Below, piece after piece: positions 18,642 through 29,941 of a DNA stretch of 64,000 nucleotides. The stretch spans positions 1,408,001 through 1,472,000 of the forward strand of contig OY970399.1 of NCBI GenBank assembly GCA_963720545.1, in the 5' to 3' direction. This stretch comes from an uncultured Acidobacteriota bacterium. Its GTDB lineage: Bacteria; Acidobacteriota; Vicinamibacteria; Fen-336. The notes under the pieces were generated by a model. The model was not told the origin of the DNA, ran no database searches, and saw only the letters and a list, made by a program, of their open reading frames with translations. The translations under genes and the position numbers were made by a program. Every line of letters begins with the position of its first letter. Within the stretch, counting starts at the first letter, position 1.

Positions 18642-21077
18642 CTAACGGGAGCGGGCGGCCTTCAGGATGTCGGAGAACACCGCGGAGGCCGTTACCTCCG
18701 GGCCGGCGCCGGGGCCGCGGACGACCAGGGGCGCCTCGGCATAGCGCCGGGTCCAGAAAGCGATCAGGTTCTGGGTGCCCGAGAGGCTGAAGCAGGGGTG
18801 CGACTCGTCGAGCAGGCGCAGGCCGGCCTCGAGGCCAGCTTCGCTGGCGCTCGCCACGAAGGAAAGCCGGCAGTTCGCGGCCCGGGCCACCCGGGCGAGC
18901 TCGCGGTAGTGCTCGTCGAGCTCGGGCAGCGCCGCCCAGAACTGCTCCTGGGACAGCGAGTTCCAGTCGCGGCCGGGCAGCAGGCTCTCCACCTGGACCT
19001 CGCCGGCCGGCAGTCCCGCGACGCGAGCGAGGATCAGCAGCTTGCGGCCGGCATCGACGCCGCCGAGGTCCTCGCGCGGGTCGGGCTCGGTGTAGCCGAG
19101 CCCATGCGCCTCGCGCACGGCCTCGCTGAACGAGGCCGACTCGCCAAGCCGGCTCATGAGGAAGGCGATGGTCCCGGACAGGCAGCCTTCGATCCGTGTG
19201 ACGGTGTCGCCGGTCGCGACCAGGTCGGCGAGCGTGCTGAGGATCGGCAGGCCGGCGCCGACCGTGGCCTCGTGCAGCAGCAGGCCATGCCGCGCCGCCT
19301 CGCACAGGCCCTGCCAGGAGGCGGGGGAACCCGCGAACGCGCGCTTGTTGGCGGCGATCACCGCGACGCCGCTTTGCAGCAGCTCCTGATAGAAGGCCGT
19401 TGGTTCGTCGCTCGCGGTGCAATCCACGAAGATGCGCCGGCCCTTTCGCGAAGACAGCGCGCGCACCACCTCGGCGAGCGGCGCGCCGCCGGGGCCCTGT
19501 TCACGCCAGGCGTCGAGCGGGATGCCGCCTTCCGCCAGGGTCCCGCCGCGGCTTCGGCTCAGGCCAACGAGCGAGAGCTGGATCCCTGCTGCCTCGAGCT
19601 CCGCGCGGCGCGCGGCCAGCTGGTCGAGGAGCGCCGCACCGACGCGGCCGGGTCCGGCGAGTGCCAGCGCCACGGGTTCCGCCGCCGCCTTGCCCGCGGC
19701 GCCGAAGAACACCTGGTGGACCGCGCGCACCGCAGCCGCTTCGTCCGCGCGCTTGACCGCCACGGTGATGTTCAGCTCCGACGAGCCTTGCGAGATGGCG
19801 CGGATGTTGACGCCTGCGGCGCCGAGCGCGCCGAACAGCCGGCCGGCGATGCCCGGCCGCTCGTGCATGCCCGCGCCGACCACTGCGATGAGCGCGACGT
19901 CGTCCTCGACCACCACGTCGTCGACGAGGCCGGCGGCGCGCTCGAGGGCGAACTCGGCCTGCAGGCGCTCGACGGCCTGTTCGAGCGAGCCGGGATCGAT
20001 GGCGAAGCAGATCGAGTGTTCGCTCGACGACTGCGTGATGAGGATGGCGCTGATCGACTCGTTGGCAAGGGCGCCAAAGAGGCGCATCGCGATGCCGGGG
20101 ACGCCGACCATGCCGTCGCCCTCGAGGCGCAGCAGCGCAACCCGCGGCACCGAGGTGATGCCGCGGACGTCGAACGCGTTGGCGCTCTGCTGCGCCGAGA
20201 TCGCCGTGCCCGGAAATGCCGGGTTGAGGGTGTTCCTGATGATGAGCGGGATGCCCTTGGCGCGCGCCGGGTGGATGGTGGGCGGATACACGACCTTGGC
20301 GCCGAAGTGCGACATCTCCATCAGTTCGTCGTAGGTCATCGCCGGGATCGAGAAGGCGCCGCTGACGATGCGCGGGTCGGCGCTCATGACGCCGTCGACG
20401 TCGGTCCAGATCTCGATCGCCGGCGAGTCGAGCGCGGCGCCGACCAGCGCGGCGGTGTAGTCCGAGCCGCCGCGGCCGAGTGTCGTGGTTTCGCCGGCCT
20501 CGGTGGCGGCGACGAAGCCGGCAAGCACCGGGATCGCGTGCCGGCCCGAGAGCGACTCGCGGATGCGCGCATAGCTCTCGGGGAGGCGCACCCGTGCCGC
20601 GCCGAAGCGCTTGTCGGTGAGGATCAGCGAGCGCGTGTCGAAGGCGGTGGCGGCGATGCCGCGGGCGCGAAACGCGGCGGCCACCAGCGGCGCCGACAGC
20701 CGCTCGCCGTAGCTCATGACGCTGTCGAGGGTGCGCGGCGTGCACTCGCGCACCAGGGACGCGCCGCGCAGCAACCCGCGCAACTCCGCGAACGAGTCGC
20801 CGACGAAGGCGGCGAGCGACGCCTGCTCGTCGGCGCTTGCCAGCGCGCGCGCCGCTTCGAGGTGGCGCACGGCGACGCGGTCCAGCACTTCGCTCCACTG
20901 CGGGTCGCTCGCAACCGCGAGATTCGCGACCGCGACCAGGTCGTTGGTGACGCCGCCGAAGGCCGAGACCACCACGGCCAGCGGGCCCTCGCGCGCCGCG
21001 TCCGCGACCAGCGAGACCACGCCCTGGACGCGCTCGGGCGTGGCCACCGAGGTGCCGCCGAACTTGAGGATCTTCAC
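18642..21077 (-). CDS. thrA: Bifunctional aspartokinase/homoserine dehydrogenase I
   Basis: KFGGTSV, TLGRGGSDY, WTDVDG, two ACT domains, EATVGAGLP, GYTEPDPREDL, GPGAG. Confidence 0.95.
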   Translation of the reverse strand: MKILKFGGTSVATPERVQGVVSLVADAAREGPLAVVVSAFGGVTNDLVAVANLAVASDPQWSEVLDRVAVRHLEAARALASADEQASLAAFVGDSFAELRGLLRGASLVRECTPRTLDSVMSYGERLSAPLVAAAFRARGIAATAFDTRSLILTDKRFGAARVRLPESYARIRESLSGRHAIPVLAGFVAATEAGETTTLGRGGSDYTAALVGAALDSPAIEIWTDVDGVMSADPRIVSGAFSIPAMTYDELMEMSHFGAKVVYPPTIHPARAKGIPLIIRNTLNPAFPGTAISAQQSANAFDVRGITSVPRVALLRLEGDGMVGVPGIAMRLFGALANESISAILITQSSSEHSICFAIDPGSLEQAVERLQAEFALERAAGLVDDVVVEDDVALIAVVGAGMHERPGIAGRLFGALGAAGVNIRAISQGSSELNITVAVKRADEAAAVRAVHQVFFGAAGKAAAEPVALALAGPGRVGAALLDQLAARRAELEAAGIQLSLVGLSRSRGGTLAEGGIPLDAWREQGPGGAPLAEVVRALSSRKGRRIFVDCTASDEPTAFYQELLQSGVAVIAANKRAFAGSPASWQGLCEAARHGLLLHEATVGAGLPILSTLADLVATGDTVTRIEGCLSGTIAFLMSRLGESASFSEAVREAHGLGYTEPDPREDLGGVDAGRKLLILARVAGLPAGEVQVESLLPGRDWNSLSQEQFWAALPELDEHYRELARVARAANCRLSFVASASEAGLEAGLRLLDESHPCFSLSGTQNLIAFWTRRYAEAPLVVRGPGAGPEVTASAVFSDILKAARSR

Positions 21078-21465
21078 TTCGCCTTCTCCTTCAGCTCCAG
21101 CAGGACGCCGTCCCCGGCAGAGGGGTGCAGGAACGCGACACGGCTGCCGAAAGCGCCCGGGCGCGGCTGTTGGTCGAGGAGCGGAACGCCGCGCGCCTTC
21201 AGGCCGGCGAGCGCCGTGTCGAGGTCGTCCACCAGGAAGCAGACATGGTGCAGCCCCTTGCGCTTTTCGAGGAAGCGCGCGATCGGCGAATCGGGCGAGG
21301 TCGGCGCGAGCAGTTCCAGGCGCGACTCGCCGATGGGCAGGAAGGCGACGCGCACGCGTTCGCTCGGCACCTCGCAGACTTCTTCGGCCGCAAGGCCCAG
21401 TGTCTTGTAAGTGGCGATCGCGGCCTCGAGGTCGCGAACCGCGATGCCGAGATGGTCGATCTTGA

Positions 21466-21469
<4 letters not shown>
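21074..21469 (-). CDS. mce: Methylmalonyl-CoA epimerase
   Basis: IDHLGIAV, ELLAP, GLHHVCF, AFLHP...GVLLEL (VOC fold); adjacent to meaB. Confidence 0.92.
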
Positions 21470-22413
<944 letters not shown>

Positions 22414-22418
22414 CGCGG

Positions 22419-23576
22419 CTACCGCACCATGCCGCGCAGCTGCAGCAACTCGCGCGCGATCACCAGCCGCTGGATCTCGCTCGTACCCTCGCCGATGGTG
22501 CCGAGCTTGGAGTCGCGCAGGTAGCGCTCCACCGGATAGTCCTTGAGGTAGCCGTAGCCGCCGTGGATCTGGATCGCGTCCATCGCCGCCGCCACCGCCA
22601 TTTCGGTCGCGAACAGCTTGGCCATCGACGATTCGGTGGTGTGCTGCGCGCCGCTGTCGCGCAGGCACGCGGCGCGCCAGGTGAGCAGGCGCCCGGCTTC
22701 GACCGCGGTCGCCATGTCGGCGATCTTGAACTGGATCGCCTGGTACTCGGCGATCGCATGGTCGAACTGCTTGCGGCCCTTCGCGTATTTCATGCTCGCT
22801 TCGAGCGCCGCCTGCGCGATTCCGACCGAGAACGCCGCGATGCCGATGCGGCCGCGGTCGAGGATGCGGAGGGTGTCGATGAAGCCCATGCCTGCCGCGC
22901 CCAGCAGGTGGTCGAGGGGCAGGCGCACGTCCTCGAGGATCAGCTCCGAGGTGTCCGAGCAGCGCACGCCGAGCTTGTCTTCCTTCTTGCCGGGGCGGAA
23001 CCCGGGCGTGCCCTTCTCCACCACGAACGCGGAGATGCCCTTCTTGCCGGCGGCGCGGTCGGTGACCGCCATGACCACCGCGATGTCGGCGACGCTCGCG
23101 TTGGTGATGAAGGTCTTCGAGCCGTTCAGCAGCCAGCCCGAGCCGTCGCGGACCGCGGTCGTCTTGGTGCCGCCGGCGTCCGAGCCGGCGCTGTTCTCGG
23201 TGAGGCCCCAGCAGCCGATCTTCTCGCCCTTCGCGAGCGGCACCAGCCACTTCTTCTTCTGCGCCTCGGTGCCGGCGAGGGCGATGTGGCCCGACGACAG
23301 CGAGTTGTGCGCCGCGACCGACAGGGCGACGCCGGCGTCGGCGCGGCTCAGCTCCTCCATGACGATCGCGTAGTCGAGGGTGGACATGCCGGAACCGCCG
23401 TATTCGGCCGGCCAGACGACGCCCATCAGCCCCATTTCGCCGAGTTTTGCGAACAGTTCGCGCGGGAACGCCTGGCGTTCGTCCCACTCGCGCGCATGCG
23501 GAGCGATCTCTGCTTCAGCGAATTCGCGAACCGACGAGCGCAGGAGCTTCTGCTCGTCGCTGAGGCTAAAATCCAC
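22419..23576 (-). CDS. Acyl-CoA dehydrogenase (short/branched-chain type)
   Basis: [48 protein letters not shown] 23576 with GGAGGA SD. Confidence 0.93.
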   Translation of the reverse strand: MDFSLSDEQKLLRSSVREFAEAEIAPHAREWDERQAFPRELFAKLGEMGLMGVVWPAEYGGSGMSTLDYAIVMEELSRADAGVALSVAAHNSLSSGHIALAGTEAQKKKWLVPLAKGEKIGCWGLTENSAGSDAGGTKTTAVRDGSGWLLNGSKTFITNASVADIAVVMAVTDRAAGKKGISAFVVEKGTPGFRPGKKEDKLGVRCSDTSELILEDVRLPLDHLLGAAGMGFIDTLRILDRGRIGIAAFSVGIAQAALEASMKYAKGRKQFDHAIAEYQAIQFKIADMATAVEAGRLLTWRAACLRDSGAQHTTESSMAKLFATEMAVAAAMDAIQIHGGYGYLKDYPVERYLRDSKLGTIGEGTSEIQRLVIARELLQLRGMVR

Positions 23577-23634
23577 GGTCAATTCCTCCGGGGGGAACGA
23601 GAATCTTAGTGGATGGCCCGGAGAAGGGGCAAAC

Positions 23635-24576
23635 CTGAAGCGCGCGGCGCTCATCGTCTTTCTACTCCTGCTCGTGGGCGCGCTGGTCTTCTGGATCGGC
23701 CTGCCCGCGCGCAGCGACGTCCGCGAGCTGCGCAGCGTGAACCCGAAGGAGACGAGCGTCATGCGCCAGCGCGCGGCCGAGGCGCGCGCCGCGGGCCGCA
23801 AGCCCGGACGCTCGCAGGCGTGGGTGCCGCTGTCGCGCATCTCGCGCAACCTGGTTGAGGCCGTGGTCTCGGCGGAAGACGGCAAGTTCTTCGGCCACCA
23901 GGGCGTCGACTGGGAGGCGCTCAAGGAGAGCGCGCAGAAAGACTGGGAGAAACGCCGCTTCGTGCGCGGCGGCAGCACCATCACCCAGCAGCTCGCGAAG
24001 AACCTCTACTTCACGACGCGCCGCGACCCGGTGCGCAAGCTGCGCGAGTTCGTGGTGGCGCGCTGGCTGGAGGAAGACCTGTCGAAGCGCCGCATCCTCG
24101 AGATCTACCTGAACGTCATCGAATGGGGCGACGGCATCTACGGTTGCGAAGCGGCGGCGCGCCGCTGGTACGGCAAGCCGGCGGCCTCGCTCTCTGTAGA
24201 GGAAGCGGCCGGCCTGGCGGCGATGATCCCCAACCCGCGCCGCATCAACCCGCGCGTCAGCCCCGGCTGGCACCAGCGCGCCACCAGGCGGGTGCTCTGG
24301 CTGATGGCGCTGTCCGGCCGCATCGAGCGCGGCGAGCCTGTGCCGGACGCCACCCCGCCGCCGGTCGAACCGCCACCCGGTGAATCGCCCGACATCGAAA
24401 TGGACGCTCCGCCCGAGGTGCTGCCGGTGATCGAGGCAACCCCGGCGGCGCCGCCGGCCGGGCCCGAGGCGAGCCCGTCGGCGCCACCGCAGGTGAGCGA
24501 ACCGCCGCCGCCGCCCGCGCCGATGCCAACCCCAACCCCCTCGCCCACGGTCGATCCGCGCCAGGGGCCAGCGTGA
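23635..24576 (+). CDS. mtgA: Monofunctional peptidoglycan transglycosylase (GT51) with Pro-rich tail
   Basis: [39 protein letters not shown]-terminal TM helix. Probable CTG start after GGAGAAGGGG. Confidence 0.9.
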   Translation: MKRAALIVFLLLLVGALVFWIGLPARSDVRELRSVNPKETSVMRQRAAEARAAGRKPGRSQAWVPLSRISRNLVEAVVSAEDGKFFGHQGVDWEALKESAQKDWEKRRFVRGGSTITQQLAKNLYFTTRRDPVRKLREFVVARWLEEDLSKRRILEIYLNVIEWGDGIYGCEAAARRWYGKPAASLSVEEAAGLAAMIPNPRRINPRVSPGWHQRATRRVLWLMALSGRIERGEPVPDATPPPVEPPPGESPDIEMDAPPEVLPVIEATPAAPPAGPEASPSAPPQVSEPPPPPAPMPTPTPSPTVDPRQGPA

Positions 24577-25292
24577 TCGGCGCGCGCGAAACCGCCGACA
24601 TCGAGACTTCGTCCGATGCGTATGCCCGCCGCTTCGACGGCGCCGTCGGCGCATGGTTCCTCGAGGTGCAGCGCGACATCACGCTCGCGCTGCTGAAGCC
24701 GTGGCCCGGAGCGCGCATCCTCGACGTCGGCGGCGGCCACGGCCAGCTCACCGCGCCGCTGGTTGCGGCCGGCCACGCGGTCACCGTGTTCGGCAGCGAT
24801 CCCGGCTGCGTGCAGCGCGTCGCGCCGCTGGTCAAGGCCGGCCAGGCTGCGTTTCGTTCCGGCGACCTGCTGCAGATGCCGTTCGCCGATCGCGAGTTCG
24901 ACGTGGTGCTCTGCTATCGCCTGCTGCCGCATGTCGCCGAGGTGGACGGGCTGGTGATCGAGCTGTGCCGGGTGGCGCGCAGCGCTGTGGTCGTCGACTA
25001 TCCGACGAAGCGCAGCGTCAACGCCGCCGCCGATGCGCTGTTCGCCGCCAAGAAGCGCGTCGAAGGCGACACCCGGCCGTTCACGGTGTTCGCCGACGCG
25101 GCGCTCGACACGACATTCGCTGCCGCCGGCTTCGCGCGCACCGCGCGCCGGCCGGAGTTCCTGCTGCCGATGGCGCTGCATCGCGCCGCCGGCACGCGCG
25201 CGCTCTCGGCGGCGCTCGAAGGCGCGGCGCGGGCGCTGGCGCTGACCACGGCGTTCGGCTCGCCGGTGATCGCGCGGTACGAGCGTGGCTGA
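24573..25292 (+). CDS. Class I SAM-dependent methyltransferase
   Basis: ILDVGGGHG motif I, GDLLQMPFADREFDVV; overlaps the mtgA stop. Confidence 0.88.
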   Translation: MIGARETADIETSSDAYARRFDGAVGAWFLEVQRDITLALLKPWPGARILDVGGGHGQLTAPLVAAGHAVTVFGSDPGCVQRVAPLVKAGQAAFRSGDLLQMPFADREFDVVLCYRLLPHVAEVDGLVIELCRVARSAVVVDYPTKRSVNAAADALFAAKKRVEGDTRPFTVFADAALDTTFAAAGFARTARRPEFLLPMALHRAAGTRALSAALEGAARALALTTAFGSPVIARYERG

Positions 25293-26064
25293 GAGCAGGG
25301 CCGGCTGGGCGCGCGCGCTCTTCTCGCGCTCCGTCTTGAAGCAGCGTAAGGTCGCGGAGATCGTCCAAAGCCTCGGCGCGACGAGCGGGCTGCGCTGCCT
25401 CGACCTCGGCTCCGACAACGGCATCGTCAGCCTGATGCTGCGCGAGCGCGGCGGCTCGTGGGCCTCGGCCGACCTCACCGAGGAAGCCGTGGCGGCGATC
25501 GCCGAGCTGGTTACCAGCGACGTGCACCTCGTGGACAGCGCCCGGCTGCCGTTCGGCGGCGCCTCGTTCGACCGCGTCGTGGTGGTGGACATGCTCGAGC
25601 ACGCGCCGGACGAGGCGTCGTTCGCGGCCGAACTGGGCCGCATCACGCGGCCCGGCGGCCTGCTGGTGGTGAACACCCCGCACCTCAAGCGCACGCTCCT
25701 CAAGCGGCTGCGCCATGCGCTCGGCCAGACCGACGCGAAGCACGGCCACCTGCGCCCCGGCTACACGGCCGCGCGCGTCGCCGAGCTGCTCGGCCCGGGC
25801 TTTTCGCTCACCGCCTCGCGCAGCTACTCGCGCTTCTTCTCCGAGTTCGTCGACACCCTCATCAACGTGGCGGTCGAGCGTCTCGGCAAGGGTTCGTCGG
25901 CGAAGGGCATGGTGATGACGCGCGACGACCTCGCGAAGCACCGCAGGATGTTCCGCGCGTACTCGCTCGTCTACCCGGTGGTGCGCGCGGTGGCGGCGCT
26001 CGACGCGCTCATCCCCTGGGCCTCGGGCTACATGCTGATCGTCACCGCGGAGCGCCGCGGCTAG
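25285..26064 (+). CDS. Class I SAM-dependent methyltransferase
   Basis: CLDLGSDNG, LPFGGASFDRVVVVDMLEH, RPGGLLVVNTP. Confidence 0.85.
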   Translation: MAESRAGWARALFSRSVLKQRKVAEIVQSLGATSGLRCLDLGSDNGIVSLMLRERGGSWASADLTEEAVAAIAELVTSDVHLVDSARLPFGGASFDRVVVVDMLEHAPDEASFAAELGRITRPGGLLVVNTPHLKRTLLKRLRHALGQTDAKHGHLRPGYTAARVAELLGPGFSLTASRSYSRFFSEFVDTLINVAVERLGKGSSAKGMVMTRDDLAKHRRMFRAYSLVYPVVRAVAALDALIPWASGYMLIVTAERRG

Positions 26065-26073
26065 CGCAGCGGG

Positions 26074-27546
26074 TCACCTGCCGGCCTTGCGCCGCTCCTT
26101 GTCGGCGTACATGCGCTCGTCGGCGAGGCGAATGAGGGCCTCCTTGCCGTTCGCCGCGGTCGGGTAGTCGGCGACGCCCACCGAGGCGCCGACCCGCGCG
26201 TTGATCCCCTCCTCCTGCAGGAAGGTGTGCGACTCGATGATCTCGCGCAGCTTCTCGGCAAGCGCGCGCGCCGCGTCCTCGGAGGTGCGCGGCAGGATGA
26301 CGCAGAACTCGTCGCCGCCGTAGCGCGCCGGGTAGTCGGTCTCGCGCACCGCGTTGCGCAGCAGGAAGCCGATCTCGCGCAACACGCGGCTGCCGCGCAG
26401 GTGGCCGTACGCGTCGTTGATCGGCTTGAAGCGGTCGAGGTCGATGAACATCAGCGACACCACGCTGCCGTAGCGGTCGACGAACTTCAGCTCGCGGTCG
26501 AGGATCTGGTGGAAGAAGCGGAAGTTGTAGAGCGGCGTGACGTCGTCGGTGATCGACAGCTCGCGTGTCTTGAGGAACAGGCGCGCGTTCTCGAAAGCGA
26601 GCGCCAGCGCGTCGGCCACCGGCTGCAGCCGGGTCGCGGCGTGCGCGTCGAACGACGACGGCTTGCGCGCCGCGAGGCACAGCGAGCCGATGCTCTGGGT
26701 GCGCGCGTTCAGCGGCACCACCAGGTACGAGCGCAGGTCTTCCTCGAGCAAGCGCATGTCCTCGACGAAGCGGCGGCTGTGCAGCAGGTCGGTGGCGAGC
26801 ACCGGGTGGTTGTCGGCGACCGCCGCGCCCGGGCCCGAGCCGACCAGCGGAATGACGCTGCCGAGCCCCCAGGTGGCGCCTTCGGGAAAGCCGAGCAGGT
26901 CGAAGTAGTCGCGCGACTCGTTGAGGAACGCGCACACCAGCCGGTCGAACGGCTGGAACGCGCGCAGCTCGCTGGCAAACGCCGGAATCACGTCCTTCAG
27001 CTCGCGGCTGCCGCCAAGCGTCGAGGTGATGCGGCTCAGCACGTCGGCGCGCGCGGTGGAGGCCTCGAGCTCCGACGACAGGCGCGCGTTCTCGATGCCG
27101 GCGCCGAACAGACGGCCGAGCGCCTCGAAGAAGGACGGCTCGTACGGCATGCGGCCGCCGTTGTCGAACAACACCAGCGCGCCGACCGTGCCGGAGCGCA
27201 CCACCAGCGGCGCGGCGCTGGTCCAGCCCGACTCGCGCATGTCGAAAGCCGCGCGGCGCGCGCCGATGGCGTCCTGGGCCAGGGCGCGCAGCCGCTCGTC
27301 ATCGACCGACATGGTGCCGGCGCGCAACAGGTTGCGCTCGCCGCCGTTCGCGTCATGGAAGAGCGCTACCGCGCCTTCGATCCCGAGCGCGCGCACCACG
27401 TCTTCGAGAGCCGCGTGCACGAGAGCGTTCTCGTCGCGCTCGGCGCACAGCTTGAAGGCCACCTGGCTCAGGGCGTGCGCGGCGCGATCGGTGCGCACCA
27501 CCGTACCTTCGGCGGGCGTTTCCGCGGAGCTGCGGCGGGTGGTCAT
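26074..27546 (-). CDS. GAF-GAF-GGDEF diguanylate cyclase
   Basis: DLDRFKPIND, RETD I-site five residues before GGDEF; two GAF-like N-terminal segments; no TM helix. Confidence 0.92.
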   Translation of the reverse strand: MTTRRSSAETPAEGTVVRTDRAAHALSQVAFKLCAERDENALVHAALEDVVRALGIEGAVALFHDANGGERNLLRAGTMSVDDERLRALAQDAIGARRAAFDMRESGWTSAAPLVVRSGTVGALVLFDNGGRMPYEPSFFEALGRLFGAGIENARLSSELEASTARADVLSRITSTLGGSRELKDVIPAFASELRAFQPFDRLVCAFLNESRDYFDLLGFPEGATWGLGSVIPLVGSGPGAAVADNHPVLATDLLHSRRFVEDMRLLEEDLRSYLVVPLNARTQSIGSLCLAARKPSSFDAHAATRLQPVADALALAFENARLFLKTRELSITDDVTPLYNFRFFHQILDRELKFVDRYGSVVSLMFIDLDRFKPINDAYGHLRGSRVLREIGFLLRNAVRETDYPARYGGDEFCVILPRTSEDAARALAEKLREIIESHTFLQEEGINARVGASVGVADYPTAANGKEALIRLADERMYADKERRKAGR

Positions 27547-27572
27547 GGCGGGCAGGCCATTCTAGGACGCCA

Positions 27573-28931
27573 TCACCGGGCTGCCGCGGGTGCTGTGAGC
27601 CGCAGCACCACAGCGCGGACCCGCGCGACCAGCGCCGGCTCGGGCCGGCCGGCGCTGCCGAGATCGAGGCGCCGCAGCACGACGTCCTCGACCGACGCGG
27701 CCAGCTCCTCCGAGACCGCGAACGCGGCGCGCTCCTCGAGGGTTTCGCCCTGCGGCTGCAGCACGCGCAGCGGCGTCACCGCCGTCTTGCTGCCGCCAGC
27801 CGGCAGGGCGTACGCCGAGCGAAGCAGGTCTACGGTACGCTGCGCCACAGCACGCGCGGTCGTGTACTTCACCGCGACCACCGAGACGAGCCCGCGGCCG
27901 CCGGGGTGGGCGGCATGATCGACGATGAGCGGCCGGCTCCACAGGCCCGAGGCGCCACCGTGCCCCGGGACGAAGCCTTCGTGCACCAGCGAGATCTCGT
28001 CGCTGCGCAGCCGCGCCCACGGGAACGCGCGGATGGCGGAGTCGAGGAATTCCGCTTCGACCTGCGCGCGCGCCACGGCGGGGTCCGCGTAGGCGGTGCC
28101 GACGAGCGTGCGTCCCTGCCACGGCGCCAGGATCAGGAAGCGGCCGCGGTCGGAGGCGGCCACCGCGAAGTCGCCGTGCGGCGCGCGCGCGAACACCAGG
28201 TTGACGGCGCGCAGTAGCGGCACCTGCAAAGGGACCGCGGCGAGTGCCGCGACGGCGGCGGCGCCGGCACCAGCCGCATTCACCACCACCTTCGCGCGCA
28301 CCTCGAAGGCGGGACCGTCGACTCCGTCGGTGACGCGCACGCCTGCGAGCGCGCCCGCGTCGCGCAGCAGCGCCACCACCGGCGCATGATTCGCGAGCAA
28401 CGCGCCGGCGCCTGCGGCGGCATGCAGGAACGCGAACAAAAGCCGCTCGGTGCTCGACGCCTGCGCGTCGCGCCACTCGGCGGCGCCGGTGAGGCCGGCC
28501 TGCGGCAGTTCCGGGATGAGGCCACGCACGGCCGCCGCGCCCAGCGTGCCGTGGATTCTTTCGCCGCCCAGCAGGTTGCCGAGCAGCATCCCCGCCAGGA
28601 ACGCTTCCCTGCCGCGCGTGCCATGCCCGTAGAAGGGCGCGACGACGCGCAGCGGGTGCACGAGCCCGGGGGCGATGCGCAGCAGGTTGCGCCGCTCGCG
28701 CGCCGACTCGCGAAAGGCACCGAGGTCGAGACGCTGCAGGTGACGGATGCCGCCGTGGATCGTCTTCAGGCTGTTCCAGGAAGTCGCGGCGCCGAAATCG
28801 CCGGCTTCGACGAGCCCCGTCTTCAGGCCGCGTTGCGCCGCTTCCCAGGCGAGGCATGCGCCCTGGATGCCGCCGCCGACGATGACGACGTCGAGTCCGC
28901 TGCGGGCGAGGCTCGCGAGGTCGCGCTTCAC
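27573..28931 (-). CDS. FAD-dependent oxidoreductase, glycerol-3-phosphate dehydrogenase/oxidase family
   Basis: VVIVGGGIQG, DFGAATSWNSLKTIHGGIRHL, VNAAG, KYTTAR; GTG 28931. Confidence 0.85.
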   Translation of the reverse strand: MKRDLASLARSGLDVVIVGGGIQGACLAWEAAQRGLKTGLVEAGDFGAATSWNSLKTIHGGIRHLQRLDLGAFRESARERRNLLRIAPGLVHPLRVVAPFYGHGTRGREAFLAGMLLGNLLGGERIHGTLGAAAVRGLIPELPQAGLTGAAEWRDAQASSTERLLFAFLHAAAGAGALLANHAPVVALLRDAGALAGVRVTDGVDGPAFEVRAKVVVNAAGAGAAAVAALAAVPLQVPLLRAVNLVFARAPHGDFAVAASDRGRFLILAPWQGRTLVGTAYADPAVARAQVEAEFLDSAIRAFPWARLRSDEISLVHEGFVPGHGGASGLWSRPLIVDHAAHPGGRGLVSVVAVKYTTARAVAQRTVDLLRSAYALPAGGSKTAVTPLRVLQPQGETLEERAAFAVSEELAASVEDVVLRRLDLGSAGRPEPALVARVRAVVLRLTAPAAAR

Positions 28932-29941
28932 GCCGCGGCCGCGGCAGCCGCAGCCGTCGCGGCGGCGCGCTCGCAGTCGGCGGCGCTCGCGTCGCGATGC
29001 GTGACGAAGCGGACGACGCCCTGGTCCATGGCGGTCGCGCGCACGCCGGCCCGAAGCAGCGCCGCGACCAACGGGTAGGCATCGCCCTGCGGGCGGCGCA
29101 CCACCACGATGTTGGTCTGCGGCGCCACCACCTCGAGGCCGCCCGCCGCGAGCCGTTCGGCCAGCGCGCGAGCATTCTCGTGGTCTTCGCTGAGGCGTTC
29201 GATCATCGTCTGCAGCGCCACGATGCCGGCCGCCGCGATGATGCCTGCCTGGCGCATGCCGCCGCCGAGTTGCTTGCGCACGCGGCGCGCCTCGACCATC
29301 ACGTCGCGCGACGCATAGAAGAGCGAGCCGACCGGACAGCAGAGACCCTTCGACAGGCAGGTCATGGCGCTGTCGGCACCGGCGACCAGCCGCGACAGCG
29401 GGACGCCGAGCGCGACCGCGGCGTTCCACAGGCGCGCGCCATCGATGTGCACGCGCAGCCCGAGCGCGCGCGCGGCGGCGATCAGCTCCTGCATTTCGGC
29501 GACCGTCGCGACGCTGCCGCCCGCAAGGTTGTGCGTGTTCTCGATGACCAGCGCCTTGACGTCGGCGGCGGTGTCCGAGCGGGGGCGGATGCCCTCGAGA
29601 TCGCGCGGGCGCAGGCGGCCGTCCGCGGTGACCACCGCGCGCGGCAGGATTCCCGACAGAGCCGCGAGCGCGCCCAGCTCGTGCTGCACCACGTGCGAGC
29701 GGCTTTCGACGATGACCTCCTCGCCGGCCCGGGCGAAGAGACGCAGTGCTATCTGGTTGCCCATGGTGCCCGAGGGGACGAAGAGGGCGGCCTGGAAGCC
29801 GAGCAGCCCCGCCGCCAGCTCTTCGAGGCGCCGTACCGTCGGGTCCTCGCCGTAGTAGTCGTCGCCGACCTCCGCGCCGGCCATGGCGCGGCGCATTTCC
29901 TCGGTGGGGGCGGTGACGGTGTCGGAGCGCAGGTCGATCAT
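28928..29941 (-). CDS. ltaE: Low-specificity L-threonine aldolase
   Basis: IDLRSDTVT, PSGTMGNQ, ENTHN, HIDGARLWN, CLSKGL, GGGMRQAG. Confidence 0.93.
   Translation of the reverse strand: MIDLRSDTVTAPTEEMRRAMAGAEVGDDYYGEDPTVRRLEELAAGLLGFQAALFVPSGTMGNQIALRLFARAGEEVIVESRSHVVQHELGALAALSGILPRAVVTADGRLRPRDLEGIRPRSDTAADVKALVIENTHNLAGGSVATVAEMQELIAAARALGLRVHIDGARLWNAAVALGVPLSRLVAGADSAMTCLSKGLCCPVGSLFYASRDVMVEARRVRKQLGGGMRQAGIIAAAGIVALQTMIERLSEDHENARALAERLAAGGLEVVAPQTNIVVVRRPQGDAYPLVAALLRAGVRATAMDQGVVRFVTHRDASAADCERAAATAAAAAAAA

Noticed and set aside
21078..21130. thr attenuator or leader peptide
   Set aside because: The region upstream of thrA is the mce coding sequence; there is no Thr/Ile-rich leader or terminator.
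18798..21410. Long antisense ORFs (also 41647-44442, 61405-63561, 15419-17761)
   Set aside because: They mirror the codon bias of real genes on the opposite strand and show no domain motifs.
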